The notes beneath the pieces are model-generated. The model was not told where the DNA came from. It made no database searches and was given only the letters and a program-made list of their open reading frames with translations. The position numbers and the translations under genes are program-made. From the NCBI GenBank assembly GCA_002104945.1, contig MCFH01000038.1:124001-188000 (forward strand): 64,000 bases of DNA, given 5' to 3'. This DNA comes from Piromyces finnis finn (taxonomy: Eukaryota > Fungi > Neocallimastigomycota). Of the stretch, positions 26,292-40,617 are shown one piece after another (position 1 is the stretch's first letter; each line of letters starts with the position of its first letter).

Positions 26292-29200
26292 ATGAACAAT
26301 ATTAAAAATTGTGACAATGCTGTTAACAATAGCTTGTCTAATAATAATACACCTATAACAGAAGGTAAAGTAAAACCTTCTTATTCTAGTGTTGTCAGTA
26401 ATGCGCATAATTCAATACGTAATAATAGAAATATACTTCAATTACAACACGAACTATTAAAAACAAAAAATTTAAAAAATATAAATAATAGTGATAACCT
26501 TAACGACAGTATTCCATCGCCAAATAATATTATATCTTTGAATGGTTCAACAAATATAATTTCTTCATCAACGCCTTCTCCAGAAAAGTTGGAAAAGGAA
26601 AAAGAAACTAATAATAATAATAATATAAAACAATCAAATTCAATAAAAAATAAATTTATAGGATCAAGGATTCAAACTGGAAATGATTTAGAAAAAAAAC
26701 CATTGTCTACTCCAAATGATTTTAAACAGGATGAAAATTATGAAAAAGAAAATTCATTGTTTCATTCAACGTCAGAACTTTTATCACCAATAGAAAAAGT
26801 TGAGGATAGTTTTTATAATGTTAATGCAATAGTGACCTCTTCTTCAACACCTTCAACATTAAATCAAATTTTATCTACAAATCTATCGTTATCTGAATCA
26901 TTTGAATCATCAGGATCTTTTTCACCTCCACTTTCACCTCTTTCTTTTGAAAATAATAATGCTTTTGGCAACAAAATAAATATAAACGATTCTGTAATAA
27001 ATGATTTATCTTATTACATTAGATCAAAAATACAAAAAGGATTATTAAAAATATACAAGGTATTTTTTTTTATAAAAAAAATTCATTAAAAGTAGAAAAT
27101 TTATTATAGATTTTTATTACTTTTACTATAGAAAAATAAGGTTTTATATATTTTTCTAAATCATTCATTGATTTATATTAAGAATAGAATAGATATTTCA
27201 AAATTATGATATCTAAATAAGCAAATTAAACATTTTTAATTTATATTAATTAAATTTTATACTCCATATTCTAGGATATACAACCAACGAAAGAGAGTAA
27301 ACAAAATCGTTTAATATTATTACAAAAAATACAAAATATTTTTGAAAGAGAATTTCCAGGTAAAACTTTAAAAGCTAATTTATTTGGATCTTCTGTAAAT
27401 GGTTTAGAAACCGTATATTGTGATGTCGATATTTGTTTGACAACACCTTCTAAAGATGAAACCTATGGTTTAGATCGTATGGATAATATTGCAGCCATAC
27501 TGGAAAAATATAATATGACTGATATTTATACTGTACAGGAAGCAAAGGTTCCTATTTGTAAATTCATAGATCCAGAAACCAAATTATCTTGTGATATAAA
27601 TGTAAATAATACTGTGGCTTTACAAAATTCAATGATGGTAAAAACGTATACTTCAATAGATGAAAGGGCAAAGCAGCTTATTATACTAATAAAGCATTAT
27701 GCAAAACGTCGTATGATCAATGACGCAACTGGTGGTACATTAAGTTCTTATTGTTGGGTTAATATGGCTATTAACTTCTTGCAACAACGAAAGCCTCCAA
27801 TATTGCCTTGCCTTCATGAATTAAATAAAGAATCACTTAAAGAAAATAAAATCTTTATTGATGGTGTCGATTGTTCTTTTTATCATGATCTTGATACCTT
27901 AAAAAGTTTTAGCTTTTCTAATAAAGAATCATTAGCAGATCTCTTCTACGGATTCTTTAAAGTCTATGGAGAAGATTTTAATTATAAAAAAGATGTTGTT
28001 TCAGTAAGAAAAGGTACATATATTAAAAAAATAGAAAAAGGTTGGGATCTAGATTCGAAAAAAACTCGACTCAGAAATAATTATTTCTGTGTAGAGGAAC
28101 CCTTTAATCCTTCTCGTAATTTGGCCAACAGTGCTGATCATTCTTCAGTGAGCGGTATTAGAGATGAATTTATTCGAGCTTTAAATACGTTAAAGAAAGA
28201 TGGTGATGTGGAAAGAGTCTTTGAACAATATCGTCCATTTAGACGCCCAATAAATCCATATCCTTTTAACAATAATGGCTATGAAAATTCAATAAACAAT
28301 AATAATCATAACTATAATAATGGTCAAATGTCACCAACCTTATTATATACACCTTTTATTCTTCCTTCACCAACTTATTCAGGTTATAACCAATATACCT
28401 ATCATCCTGTATATTTTGTTCCACAACCTAATAGCTCATTTTATTCTTATCATAGTGGTGGCGAGGAGGAAAATCATTATAATGGCTATCATACTGATCC
28501 AAATAAATCTTATACTTATGGCTTTAAATACCATAAATACAATAATAAAAATAAGAAGAAAAGGCATACCAATAATAAAAAGCATCATAAAATGAGTTTT
28601 AGTGATTATGAAAAAGGTAAAAAAATAATGAGTATAAGAATTTTGAATTGCATAGTTACTTTTTTTTTTTATCTAGTATAGTAAATATAATTTTTTTTAA
28701 AATATATATATGTATATTAATATTTTATCACCCTTATTATTATTATGATGATGATGATGATGATGATGATGTCTACACTTTTATTATCCAAAAAATATAA
28801 AGAGCCAATGTCACCAAATTCAAGATATAATGATAAACTAAAGAATAATCATTACAATACTTATCAAGCTAATTATAATAATAATAATAGCATTAATGGA
28901 AATGAACAGTATCTATATAATGGAAAATCAAATTATTCTATAACATCGCCAAAAATTGTCACAAGTAATACATCGATTGAACCTATAGCCTATTCCTATG
29001 CCTCACCTATTCTTTCACCAATATCATCTTTTTCATCTGTTAATTCAATGTCATTACCTTTGATACCAATATGTACAGGCGATGATGATAAATCACCACC
29101 TGCAAATCTAAATGAATCACTTAATAAAACACAAAATGAAAATGAAACACTGAATAATAATATGAATAATAATGAAAAAGGTATTTTAAATGAAATAACC

Positions 29201-31120
29201 AATAAAGATTTTGACTTTGATATTAACAATGAAAAAGAAATTAATGAAATAGCGCATTCCCAACATTCCCAACTCAATAAAAATGAATCTTTATCGCACT
29301 CAACATATAAAAACGAACCAATAACACAAATATCATCAAATGACAATACCAATAATGATCATACAAATGATGATTCTACCACAATAAAATATCAAAATGC
29401 TACTAATGATTTCACTAAAACTAATCATATTTCATATACAAATAATAATACTAATAGTAATAGTGATCATCAGTTTTTACGTAATAATAATTATCGAATT
29501 CCAATAACCAATAATTTAATCTTTTCATATTCAATGTCAACGCCGACGCTCAGTACACTAAACAATAATATACTTTATTCAAGTGAACTTCCATCAAGTA
29601 ATGAATCTTTTTCATCTAATAGTCACTATTTGAACAATAGTTTCTCTAGCGTTGGTACTTCAATGACAGATAATATATTTGAAATTGAAGAAGATTTTAA
29701 AAAACAACACTTTTTAAGCTCTAGTCCACTTCTTTCCGATCATCAAATAGATTCTGAGATAAATGATTACGGAAAAGAAAATTCTTTTTCCAGTTCTTCT
29801 AAGGATTTCTTAGTTTCATTAATGAATCAACCTCATTCACCAGAAATGAATATCACTCCTGTCCAAAAAGAAATAGAACAGTCTATTAACACACCGAAAA
29901 AGCTATCAACTTTTGAAACAGGAATGAAACAGGAAGAATTTGAAGAGCAAGTCGCCAAAACGAAAGAAACAATCAAAGAAGAAAAAGATACCATTACTTC
30001 TTCTAGTAATAAAAAGTTAAAAATTATTACCAGTTTGACATCTCCTACTATGTCAATACTTTCACCTTCACCAATTAAAAGAAAGTCTTCTTCAAAGCCT
30101 ATACCCACCGGATTCGATTCCATAAAATACCCTTCTATCTTGAAAATTAATAATAAAAATTTTAGTGAAGATGAAGAAACTGATTCTATGATTATGTCTC
30201 CAATATCTGATACTGCTTCCCTACCACAATCTAAAGTGGTTAGTATTAATGATCAACATCATCATGAAGAATCCAAACAAAGCAAAACAAATAATACTAA
30301 ATCCAATAAAAATATAGAAGAAGAAAGTACTAAAGATAAAAAAAATAAAATAAAAGATAACAAAGACAAAACAAATAGAAATAAAGATAAAAAAGCTATG
30401 CCAACAAAAAATACAGATTTTTTATTAAAATCTATATCTGCTCTTCTTAAAAATTCTGAATCTAATAATAATGAAGAAATTATATCAAGTACTACTAGTT
30501 CTATCACTAGTTCTATTACAGAAAGTAATACTAAAAGAAGTAAAAGGGCTAAACAACCTTCAAATAGTATTCTTTCTACTGATTCTAAGACATCTTCAGT
30601 AACTTCACCTAGCTGTTCAACAAGAAGAAAAGAAAAAAAATCAACAACACCTTCTATCATTAAACAAACCAATAAAGAACTTGAAAAGGAATGCGATAAG
30701 AAGTCTAATCTTGAAAAGGAGAATGAGCAAGAGGTTACAAAGAAAGAACAAATAGAAAAAGAATCCATTATTAGATCATGTTCAAAGAAGAATGAAAAGA
30801 AAGCAGAAAATGATACTGGAAAAGAAGACCTTCCGGAAACTTCAGAAGCACCAAAAAGAACACGTAAAAGTCAAACAAAAAAGGCTAGAGAAAGTATACG
30901 TGAATTAAGTAAAACAGCATTTGAAAAACCTAGAACAGTAAATGATATTCTTAATATTTTTAAAAATTCTAATACCTTAAAAAAGGAAGAATTAATTAAA
31001 AAGGAGCCAATATCTTATGCAAAAATGTTATCAAAAAATATTCAACAACCAAAAAATTCATCTGTAGAAATAGAACATAAATTATTAAAAGTTCAACCTA
31101 AAGAAGAAAAAAATTTATAA
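26292..31120 (+). CDS. Cid1-family non-canonical poly(A)/poly(U) RNA nucleotidyltransferase; exons 26292-27059, 27275-28616, 28803-31120; ~1475 aa
   Basis: LFGSSVNG...CDVDICL (Pol-beta NTase GS/DxD motif), AKVPICKF, CDINVNN, GGTLSSYCW, and the PAP-associated motif CVEEPFNPSRNLA, with long low-complexity N- and C-terminal regions. Confidence 0.92.
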
Positions 31121-32123
31121 TTTAAATAAAAAAAAGATAGCACTGTAATAAAAAAAAAAAAAAAAAAAAAATTAAAAAGAAAGATATAAATAATTTTTTT
31201 TTTTTTTTAAAGAAATTAATTTATTTTCTTTTTTTTTTTTTTACAAAAATAATAAAAATAAATAAATGAAAATAAATATATATATATATATATACATTAT
31301 AAATAGTATTGGTACCTATTAATATTCAATATCCCAAAATATATTTATATTACTAATATGTAGACCATATTGAAATAATCAAAATACCCTGATATGAAAA
31401 TATATATCTAAAATGATAGAAAAATAGTATTACTATTTGTGGTAATAGAATGTAAAATAATAAAAAGAACCATATAAATATAATGAAATAACAAAAAAAT
31501 AAAATAAAATAAAAAGTTAGTTTATAATTGTATAGATAATCTATAGAACTTTTATATTTTTATCCTTGTTTTTTATATAACGTTCAAAAAAAAAAAAAAA
31601 AGTATTTAAAATTTAAAACATAATATTTATTTTCATCACACTAAGAAACTAAATTATGAAAGGTTTTACTCTATATTATATATAATTTTAAAATGATAAT
31701 TAAAAAAAAAAAAAAAAGTCTAAAAATGGATTGTAAAAATAAAATTGCTTTAAAAGCTCTTTATAAAAAAAAATTATATTTTATTTACTGTTACACTGTT
31801 TACTAAAGTAGGTATTAAAGAATAAATTGGGAATATTATAAAGCTCATATTATATTACAAATATTTAAAAATAGATTATATATTTAAATAAATATAAAAT
31901 TGTATCTTTTTCTTTTTTTTTTTTTTTTTAATAAATAAAAATTATACAATAATTATTACCGATCATAAACTATTTAATTTTTATTATTAAAGTTATGTTT
32001 TATAATATCATAAAGTATTAGAATATGTTGTTGTTTAAAAAAGTATATTTTAACATAAAAGCACACGAATTATTTATATATCTAACCTATTTTTTCCTAA
32101 AGACCACAAGACTTATTATAAAA

Positions 32124-34160
32124 TTATATTAATTCATGATTCCATGCTCTAAATACAGGAATAGAGCTATTTGTAGTAACAGAAGAAGATGTATCACTAT
32201 TTACTTTTTGTCGATTACATTCAACTTGAAGATAGTCATCAGCTAATATAATATGATCAAGACTACGAGGTTGGAAGGTGGATGCTGCCTTATTACGTAT
32301 TTTTTCCATTACTTCCCAATCATTTACTATTTTTTGTTTATCGATGGTAAGTCCATGTTCATTAACTTCTTGTAATAATTCTTTTTCCTTTTTGGAAAGA
32401 AGATCTCTTTTAGAAACATTATTAGGTAATTGGGGTGGTAAGGATTGGGATGAAACTGTGGATTCTTGGTATATACGTTCAACTTCAGCTTTTATGTTTT
32501 GATCATTCCAATCTGGTTGTAAAATAGCATTATGATTAAGTGAAGCATATCGACTACTAAAATGATTTAAAATTAAATATTGAGCATTAAGTTGAGACGC
32601 AAACGCACCTGCCATTTCTGGTGTAGAATGACCACGTGATATAACCTTTATACGATATTGTTCTGAAGCATTTAAATTGTTTTCATTATTTATATCATCA
32701 GATTGAGTCTTTTCACTACCTTCATACATATTAGTAGCTTCATGTATAAGAATGGTTGAATTTTGTGCTAATGGTGCAATTTTTGAAGGATTATTTGTAT
32801 CTCCTAATATTACTATTTTACGCTTTTCTGTTGGTGTGATGACATCTTTTGGGTCTAAGGTGGTACCATCAGGCAAATTTAATATTTTTCCTCTTTTTAA
32901 TTCTCTAATTAAAGAAAGAGGTTGGGTTATACCTTGAGCTACTAAGGAATCCTTATTACGTAAAAGAGCTGGCTTAACTAATTCCATCCTAATATTTCCT
33001 TCTAAACCATATTCTTCTAATACATAACCTAAAGCAGGTACTGAATGTTTAATGTAGGAAGCATGAACACATATTTTGTCTTTCACTGGATCACCTTTAA
33101 ACTTTTTACTATTTTTATTATCGGAGGATGTTTCATATTTCTTTTCAATTTGAAGAAGATCTCGGAATAAGCCATCATCATCTGGTTGAATATCTTCTCC
33201 TAATAATTCATCTGGATGAAGAACATCTGATTTCAATTGTTGACTGAATCTTTCTCTCATATCTAAAAAATTTTGTTTATCAGGTGATGTATTCCCCTCT
33301 TCTATTTCTTTAGACTCTTGTTCAGGTAATACTAACTCATGAACACGATAATATATCGGAAGCCTCGAATAAGAAAAAGTTAATGCACTTCTTAAATAAT
33401 TTCTTAAGCCTACGGGTCCATATATTTCAAGACAAGGTGTATTCTCCGGGTCTTTCGTTGTATCTTCTTCATCCCAATTTCGATCCATATGATTTTGTGG
33501 ATTTAAAGCCGCTGTTAAAGTACAAACTAAACCTGGAAGACCATAAATATGATCCTATATGATATAATAATAATATAAAATTAATAAATAATCAATCCAT
33601 TTTTATTTTTTTTTTTTTTTTTTTTTGCTAAAAATCTAATACCAGTTCTATTTTAAAATAAAATAAGCATAAATATCATATAAATACAAATGAAAAAGAA
33701 AATATATAATATTTAAAAATTAAAATATTATTTTAATTGATGCAATTAAAATTTCCTAAATTTTGAAATTAATTTTATGATTTTTATAGATTTTTTGAAA
33801 TTATAATTGCATCAATTAGTATAAACATATTTTATATTTAAAATAATTATTCTGCTTATTTGTAAAAGAAATTTTATCAATTTATTCATTGTAATTAAAA
33901 ATTGATATGCTAAATATAAAAATGAAATTTCGAATTTCTAAATTGGATTTCAAAAATACCCCATGTAAATGAGTAATAAAAACTTTATTGACTTTTCCTA
34001 ATTTTAATGTACTATACATTAATTGACGTTGAGTTCCTTCTCCTGCATCAAAAAGCCACACTGTTCCATTAACACGAACCCCTAAAGAACTATGATTTCT
34101 TGTGGTACTTGGTTGAGCGCTACTTGTCCCTAGAAATGTAATATCAATTGTATTTGCCAT
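32124..34160 (-). CDS. ELAC1: Short-form ribonuclease Z (tRNase ZS, ELAC1-like); exons 34160-33960 and 33554-32124; ~543 aa
   Basis: FLGTSSAQPSTTRN, WLFDAGEGTQ, THLHG/DH (HxHxDH across the intron), ILGDT, IHEAT, GHSTPEMAG and NHFSSRY. Only one metallo-beta-lactamase domain is present. Confidence 0.88.
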
Positions 34161-35012
34161 TTTTTGTTGTTGAATCGAATAAAAATAAATACGTTCTATT
34201 GAATTGATTTATATATATATATAGTGTTTCTCTTTTTTTTTTTATTTTATTATTATTGAAAAGAAAAATCAGTTAATTTATATTTTTAATATTGAATTAT
34301 ATATTTCAATATAAAAAATATAAAAATATCATATTATTTATTAATATTTATTATTAATATTTATCATAAAAAAAAATAAAAAAAAAAAAAAAGAAAATGA
34401 ATGGAACATGAATAAAAAGTAAAGTTTAATGTATTTACATTATTATTAAAAAAAGTAAAAAGTATAACAATATATTATACTAATATTAAAGATTTAATCT
34501 TAAAATCTTAATCATAAATTCCAAATATATTACTTACATATTTACGATAATTAGAAATAGATTGCTTTATAATATATTAATTTTTTGTTCGCTTATTTTT
34601 ATATCAACTATATTAATCGAGATATTAAATTATTATAAATATATATAAAACACTTTTATAAATATTATTATTTAATACTGTTTTTTTCTTTTTTTTTTTT
34701 TTTAATTGTATATTAATGATACTTTTAAAAAAAATTTTTTCCATAGCAAATTTTTTATAACCTGAATTTTATTCACATAAAAATTATTATAAAATGAATT
34801 CTAATAAATTTTTAATTAGAATTGCGTTAGGCTTAAAAATACTAAAAAAAAAAAAGAGAGAGAGAGACTAGCATACACTTGACAAAGATAATAAAAATAA
34901 ATAATGAATTTATTAATAAATAAAAATTTTAATTAATTTTATTATAATTATGTTTTTTAATTAGGTTTTTATTATATCTTTAACATATTAATTTTTTTTT
35001 TTTGTGAAAGTT

Positions 35013-36581
35013 TTATCTTTTGAAAATATTGTATGAACTCTTTTCAAATTGATTAAATAAAGAATAATGTACGATAATTAATAGAATTATCATCACAACA
35101 TAACGAGCAATATCAAATAAATGATTTGATTTTTCAACAATTAATTCATCTGGTAGGTCACTATCTGGATAACGAACAAAACTGTAATGTTCATACTCTT
35201 CATTCATTTTATTGAAAAGTTGAATAATAACTTGGAAATCTTCATCTACATAATTCAATAGCTCTGTAAATGGTGATAAAGATCTAGGGATATTATTAGC
35301 ATCTTTATTCTCTTTAACTAAAAGTTGGCAAAAAATTGGTATATCTTCTATTTTATTTTTATAAAAATATTTGTTATTATAATAACCTAAAAGCAAATAC
35401 ACGAAGGTAGATTCTACTAAAGTTACTAAATTAGTTCTTAAAAATTGACTTCTATTTAATATTGCCTGAGTTACCGCTATTAGTGCTGCTAAACTTAAAC
35501 ACAAATATACTTTATTTAATCGACTAAGAATATCTTTAAGTTTATCCATATCAGTGTTTTCTTCAAATTCCATTTTGTTTATTATATTCATGAAAATTGA
35601 AAGAGTTAGAATATAGCCTAAAAATTCTTCTTTCTGACTTCCATTAATGTTTGATCTATTCCATTTCTTTTCATTTTCTGAGAAAAAACTTTCTAAATCA
35701 AATTTTGATTCATTAATTTTTATAGGACTATTACTCTTGAGTCTTTTTTTTATTTTCTCAAGCTCTATTTTCATATTTTGTTTAAGATTTTTAAGATCAT
35801 TTGCTGTGAGTAATGATTTTAATCCTTTTTTTTCATGAATCACACGATTCAATTCATTTAAACCATAATTGAAACCTAGTATATTTTCTGAAACATTTTT
35901 TTCCTTATCGTCATTATTTATGTTCGATACTCCATAGAAAGTGGCTAATGAAGTTGTTTTAAAATTTTCAATATCTAAATTAATACCCTTTTCATTTTTA
36001 ACTAATTTATCGTATTGTTCTTTGCTTCTTTTCATAATTAGCTTACAAATTTGTATCATAGTATAACGACTAGTTATAATTATACCTTTATGTTGATTTA
36101 AACTTAAAATATCTTTACTAAAATTACCTTTCCACAAAAGGGAATTTAAAGTAAAGATTAAACAATTTGGATCTTTTAAAAAAGATTTAGTAATACTTTC
36201 TTCGTGATGCTGATACTCATCACAATTTATAAATATTTTTTTTAAAAATTCCTTATCGCTATTCATTTTGTTTTTCCACTCTAATACTGAACTTAATTTT
36301 TCTATTATAGAAGAAGCATCAAGATATGAAGGTAGTTCCTTACTTTTACGTAAGCCTATTTGTACTGAATAAGCCTCTATAATATTTTTATTTAATGGAT
36401 ATATTTCATTTACTATAACAGCGCTTTTATCAATTTCTATTTTTGAATATGATTCATAATATTCCTGTATAAATCCATCTAGTCCTAACTCTGAATAAAG
36501 AGTAATAAATATGTTATAAGTTAGATTTTTAAGAATTTCGTCTATATTTTCTTCTTCATTATAATTTTTACATTCATTCAT
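35013..36581 (-). CDS. Hypothetical intronless protein (~522 aa from ATG 36581), no recognisable family
   Basis: A >1.5-kb stop-free frame in very AT-rich DNA with protein-like composition. ATG 36581 follows an A-run like other starts here. The upstream in-frame extension to 36647 looks non-coding. Confidence 0.7.
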   Translation of the reverse strand: MNECKNYNEEENIDEILKNLTYNIFITLYSELGLDGFIQEYYESYSKIEIDKSAVIVNEIYPLNKNIIEAYSVQIGLRKSKELPSYLDASSIIEKLSSVLEWKNKMNSDKEFLKKIFINCDEYQHHEESITKSFLKDPNCLIFTLNSLLWKGNFSKDILSLNQHKGIIITSRYTMIQICKLIMKRSKEQYDKLVKNEKGINLDIENFKTTSLATFYGVSNINNDDKEKNVSENILGFNYGLNELNRVIHEKKGLKSLLTANDLKNLKQNMKIELEKIKKRLKSNSPIKINESKFDLESFFSENEKKWNRSNINGSQKEEFLGYILTLSIFMNIINKMEFEENTDMDKLKDILSRLNKVYLCLSLAALIAVTQAILNRSQFLRTNLVTLVESTFVYLLLGYYNNKYFYKNKIEDIPIFCQLLVKENKDANNIPRSLSPFTELLNYVDEDFQVIIQLFNKMNEEYEHYSFVRYPDSDLPDELIVEKSNHLFDIARYVVMIILLIIVHYSLFNQFEKSSYNIFKR

Positions 36582-38926
36582 TTTTTTTTTTATTAATTTA
36601 GTAAATTTAATTAAAATAAAAATAATAATTAATGAAATAATAAACATTTAAATATGCGATTTTCCACGTGCACATTATGTAAAAAAAGTAAATTTTTTTA
36701 TTAAAATTTATTAAAATAGATTTTTTTATTATTTATTAAAATTTAATTAAAAATTTTTAATTTATTTTATACCAACTTTATTTAATTTATCAAAATGGTT
36801 TATTTTTTTTTTTATTAACCCTTCTATAATATTTAACATAGAAAAAAACCTTTTTGTTTAAAGTATAAGTTAATATTTAAAGGATAATTATTGATAATAT
36901 TATTTAGTATTCATCTTTAAAACTTAAAAATGTATTAAATATCCATATATGATATTATTAATATAATAAAACTATTTTTCAAAATTATTCTAACAGTAAA
37001 AAATTAATAATTTTTAAGATAAAATTTGAGATTTTCTTTTAAAAATATTTTAGAAAACAGTACTTACTTTCTTTATAATATTTTTAATATAATAATTTAT
37101 GTTTTATTTTTAATTAGTTAAATGAAAAAAGAAATCCATTATCAAAAGCATTTTAAATATTAATTGATTTAAAATGCTTATAATAATACGAAAAAAAAAA
37201 TAATAATTTGTATAAAATTGAAAATGTTATTAACAATAATATGATTTTATTTAATTATTTAAATAACTAAACTAATAAAAAAAACAATAGATTAAAACAA
37301 TAATAATAGCTGAAATGATTATAAATAATATTTTTTTATATATAACTATTTTGTAAAACAATTCCAAAGGTTTATTAACTTTTCTTTTTTAATAAGAATA
37401 TATAATCATTTTTATTTTTTATAATGAATAAGAAATTATTTTCATAAATAAAATAAAACTTTTTAGTATATTTATAAAAAATACTTTTTTTTTTAATAAT
37501 GCTTTTATAATTATGAAATATTTAGATAAAAAATGTTGAAAATTATTTTTTATTATTATAAAAATTCATATATAAAAATTTTAATATATTTCTACAAAAC
37601 ATATCATTTACAAATACAATTACATAAATATAAATAAATAATAACTTTTTTTTACTATTATAGATAAATGTAATATTTTTAATATATACTATTTATTTAT
37701 TATTATTATTTATTATTATATATTATAAAATTTTAATTTTTCAAATTTTTTTTTTTTAATACTTTATATATAATAAAAATAAGTGTTAATATTACAGAAA
37801 TAGAAATCAATTTCCATTTTATATTAACACATTTTAACATTTATTAATACTTTATAAATATTTCAATATTTTTTTTTTCTTTTATATAAAAGAAAGATAT
37901 TGAAAATTTATATAATATTAATTTATTAATAGAATATATATATTAAAATAATTCATTTACACTTGGTTTAAAAAAGAAATAAGTAAATTTACTGTTTTAA
38001 TCATAATATTCGCAATAATCTAAATATGTTTTTATGATAAATAAAATAAGAAAAATTACAAAAATTCAAATAACAAAAATAAAATAGAACAAGAAATAGA
38101 AATATAAAATCAAAAAGAATAATAATTAATCATCAAATATATAACCAATTTTTAAATTTTAAAGATTAATTATAATTATAATTGTTCAAAAAATAATAAT
38201 AATAAAAATAAACAAAACAGAAAACAGAAAACAAAAAAAAATATTCAAATAATGGAAATATTTATAAAATATACAAAGTGAACTGTAAAATTAAGCAATA
38301 AGAATTAATATAAATATTCATTTGTAAATATTACAATTATTATACAATATTTATGTTTTTAAAAATCATCGAAATAAAATTCTAAAATTTCTTAGTATAT
38401 AATAATATTAATAATTATTAAGATATATAATAAATTATACTTTCAAGTAGCGTATAAAATTAATATTTTCACAAAAAAAAAAAAATAAAAAAAAATCATT
38501 AATATAGTTAAAAATTTTAGTAAAATTTAAAAATAATCAAAAAATATTTATTCCATCTTTTAAAATAAAAACAAAGAAAATAGTAAAAAAGACATCAACA
38601 ATAATAATAATAATTTTTATTAAAGATAAAATAAAAAATATAGTATAAAATAATATAATATAACAATAATAATAATAATTAATTTTTTTTACATAATTTA
38701 AGTTAGGATTTACAATAAACAAAATTAATAAAATCAATTATATTGTAAGTTTTATCTATTATATATATATATATTTTTATTTAATAAGTTATGTTTAATT
38801 TCGAAAATTAATAAAAGCGATCGTATAAGCTGTTTTATTGAAAAATATAAAATTAAATTTTCCTTTTATTATTATTTTTTATAATATATATAGACTATAT
38901 ATATAAAATATAAATATATATAAAAA

Positions 38927-39778
38927 ATGTCACAATCATCTTATCCATACAATGGTATGTACTATGCCCCAAATTTATTCCAAAATCAGCAAATGCAATC
39001 AGCCTCACCAAGACTTGATTCTCCAGCAATATTAGGAAGTAATTCACCATATTATTCCATTCTTCAACAACAACAACAACAACAACAGCAAATAATGTCT
39101 TCACCACATCAAATGCAATATACTAGTATAAACAATTCAATGGCAAATGGTAATATTAATCCTACACACTTAAGTAGTATAGCCAATAATTCAAACTCAA
39201 AAAATATACATATTCAAAAGCAATTGGAATTAGCAAAAAAATCAAGAAATTCTTCATCACCACATCATAATGCCAGAGTGGCGGCTGCTGTAGCTCGAGC
39301 TTCTAACTCTACACATGGAAATAATAATAGTAATAATAGTAATAGTAGTAATAATTCAGAAAAGGAAGATAAACAATGGACTGTACTTGATTTCGGTGGC
39401 ATGGCTATCAAAAATATCAGTTTAGAACTTTTTAAATATACATTTTTAACTACATTATACTTAAATCATAATAAATTATTATTTATTCCACCAGAAATTT
39501 CAAATTTAAAAAATCTTAATGTCTTAGATATATCAGGAAACAAGTTAACTTTTCTTCCACCGGAAATGGGTCTTCTTCCTGAACTAAAAGAATTATATAT
39601 GTTTGATAATATAATAGCTGAACTTCCAAATGAATTTGGATTTTTATTTAAATTAGAAATCCTTGGTATAGAAGGTAATCCAATTAATGAAAAAATTGTT
39701 CAACATCTTCAACAAGATGGTACTCAAGGTGTTATAGTATATTTAAGAGATAAATGTCAAGGTAATACTAAAATTTAC

Positions 39779-39816
<38 letters not shown>

Positions 39817-40578
39817 TATATAAAAATAAATAAGATAGAATAATTTTGTATTGAAAATAGAAAAATTCTTATCTACATAATATATATATATATATCAAAT
39901 TAGAAAAGATTATTAATAAATAATTCTTATTTTAATAATAAATAGTACCACGTCCACCAGAAAAAAGAAAATGGATTTCTTTTGATGATGAACAAATGAT
40001 GGGTATATATATATATTTTTTTAATAAACAATAAAATTAAAATTCGGTTTTTTAATTAATTTTTCAACAAAATACTAATATTACAAATCATACAAATTAA
40101 ACAGATGACAGATATCTTGTAATGACATACAATGTTCTTTGTGATAAATATGCTTCTGCACAAACTTATGCTTATACTCCATCATGGGTTCTAAATTGGG
40201 AAAATAGAAGTAAAAAAATAATTAAGGAAATTTTAGAATTTAGTCCAGATATTGTTTGCCTTCAAGTAAGTTTAAAAATCATTAGATGAATAATTTAACA
40301 TTATATATATTTTAAGGTAGACTAAAATATTCTAATTAATCACACATCCATATATAAAAATATTTGAATATTTAAATAACAACAGGAAGTGGAAATGGGT
40401 CAATTCGATGAATTTTTCAAACCACAATTAAGTGAGTATAACGGTGTATTTTGGCCAAAATCAAGAGCAAAGACAATGCAAGAATCTGAAAAGAAAAGTG
40501 TTGATGGTTGTGCTACTTTCTATAAAAAAGAAAGGTATATAAAATTATAAATAGTTTATTTTCAAAATAATTAATATA

Positions 40579-40617
<39 letters not shown>

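Noticed and set aside
28320-30768. Alternative-frame and antisense ORFs over the nucleotidyltransferase
   Set aside because: Shadow ORFs caused by codon bias in the low-complexity tail.
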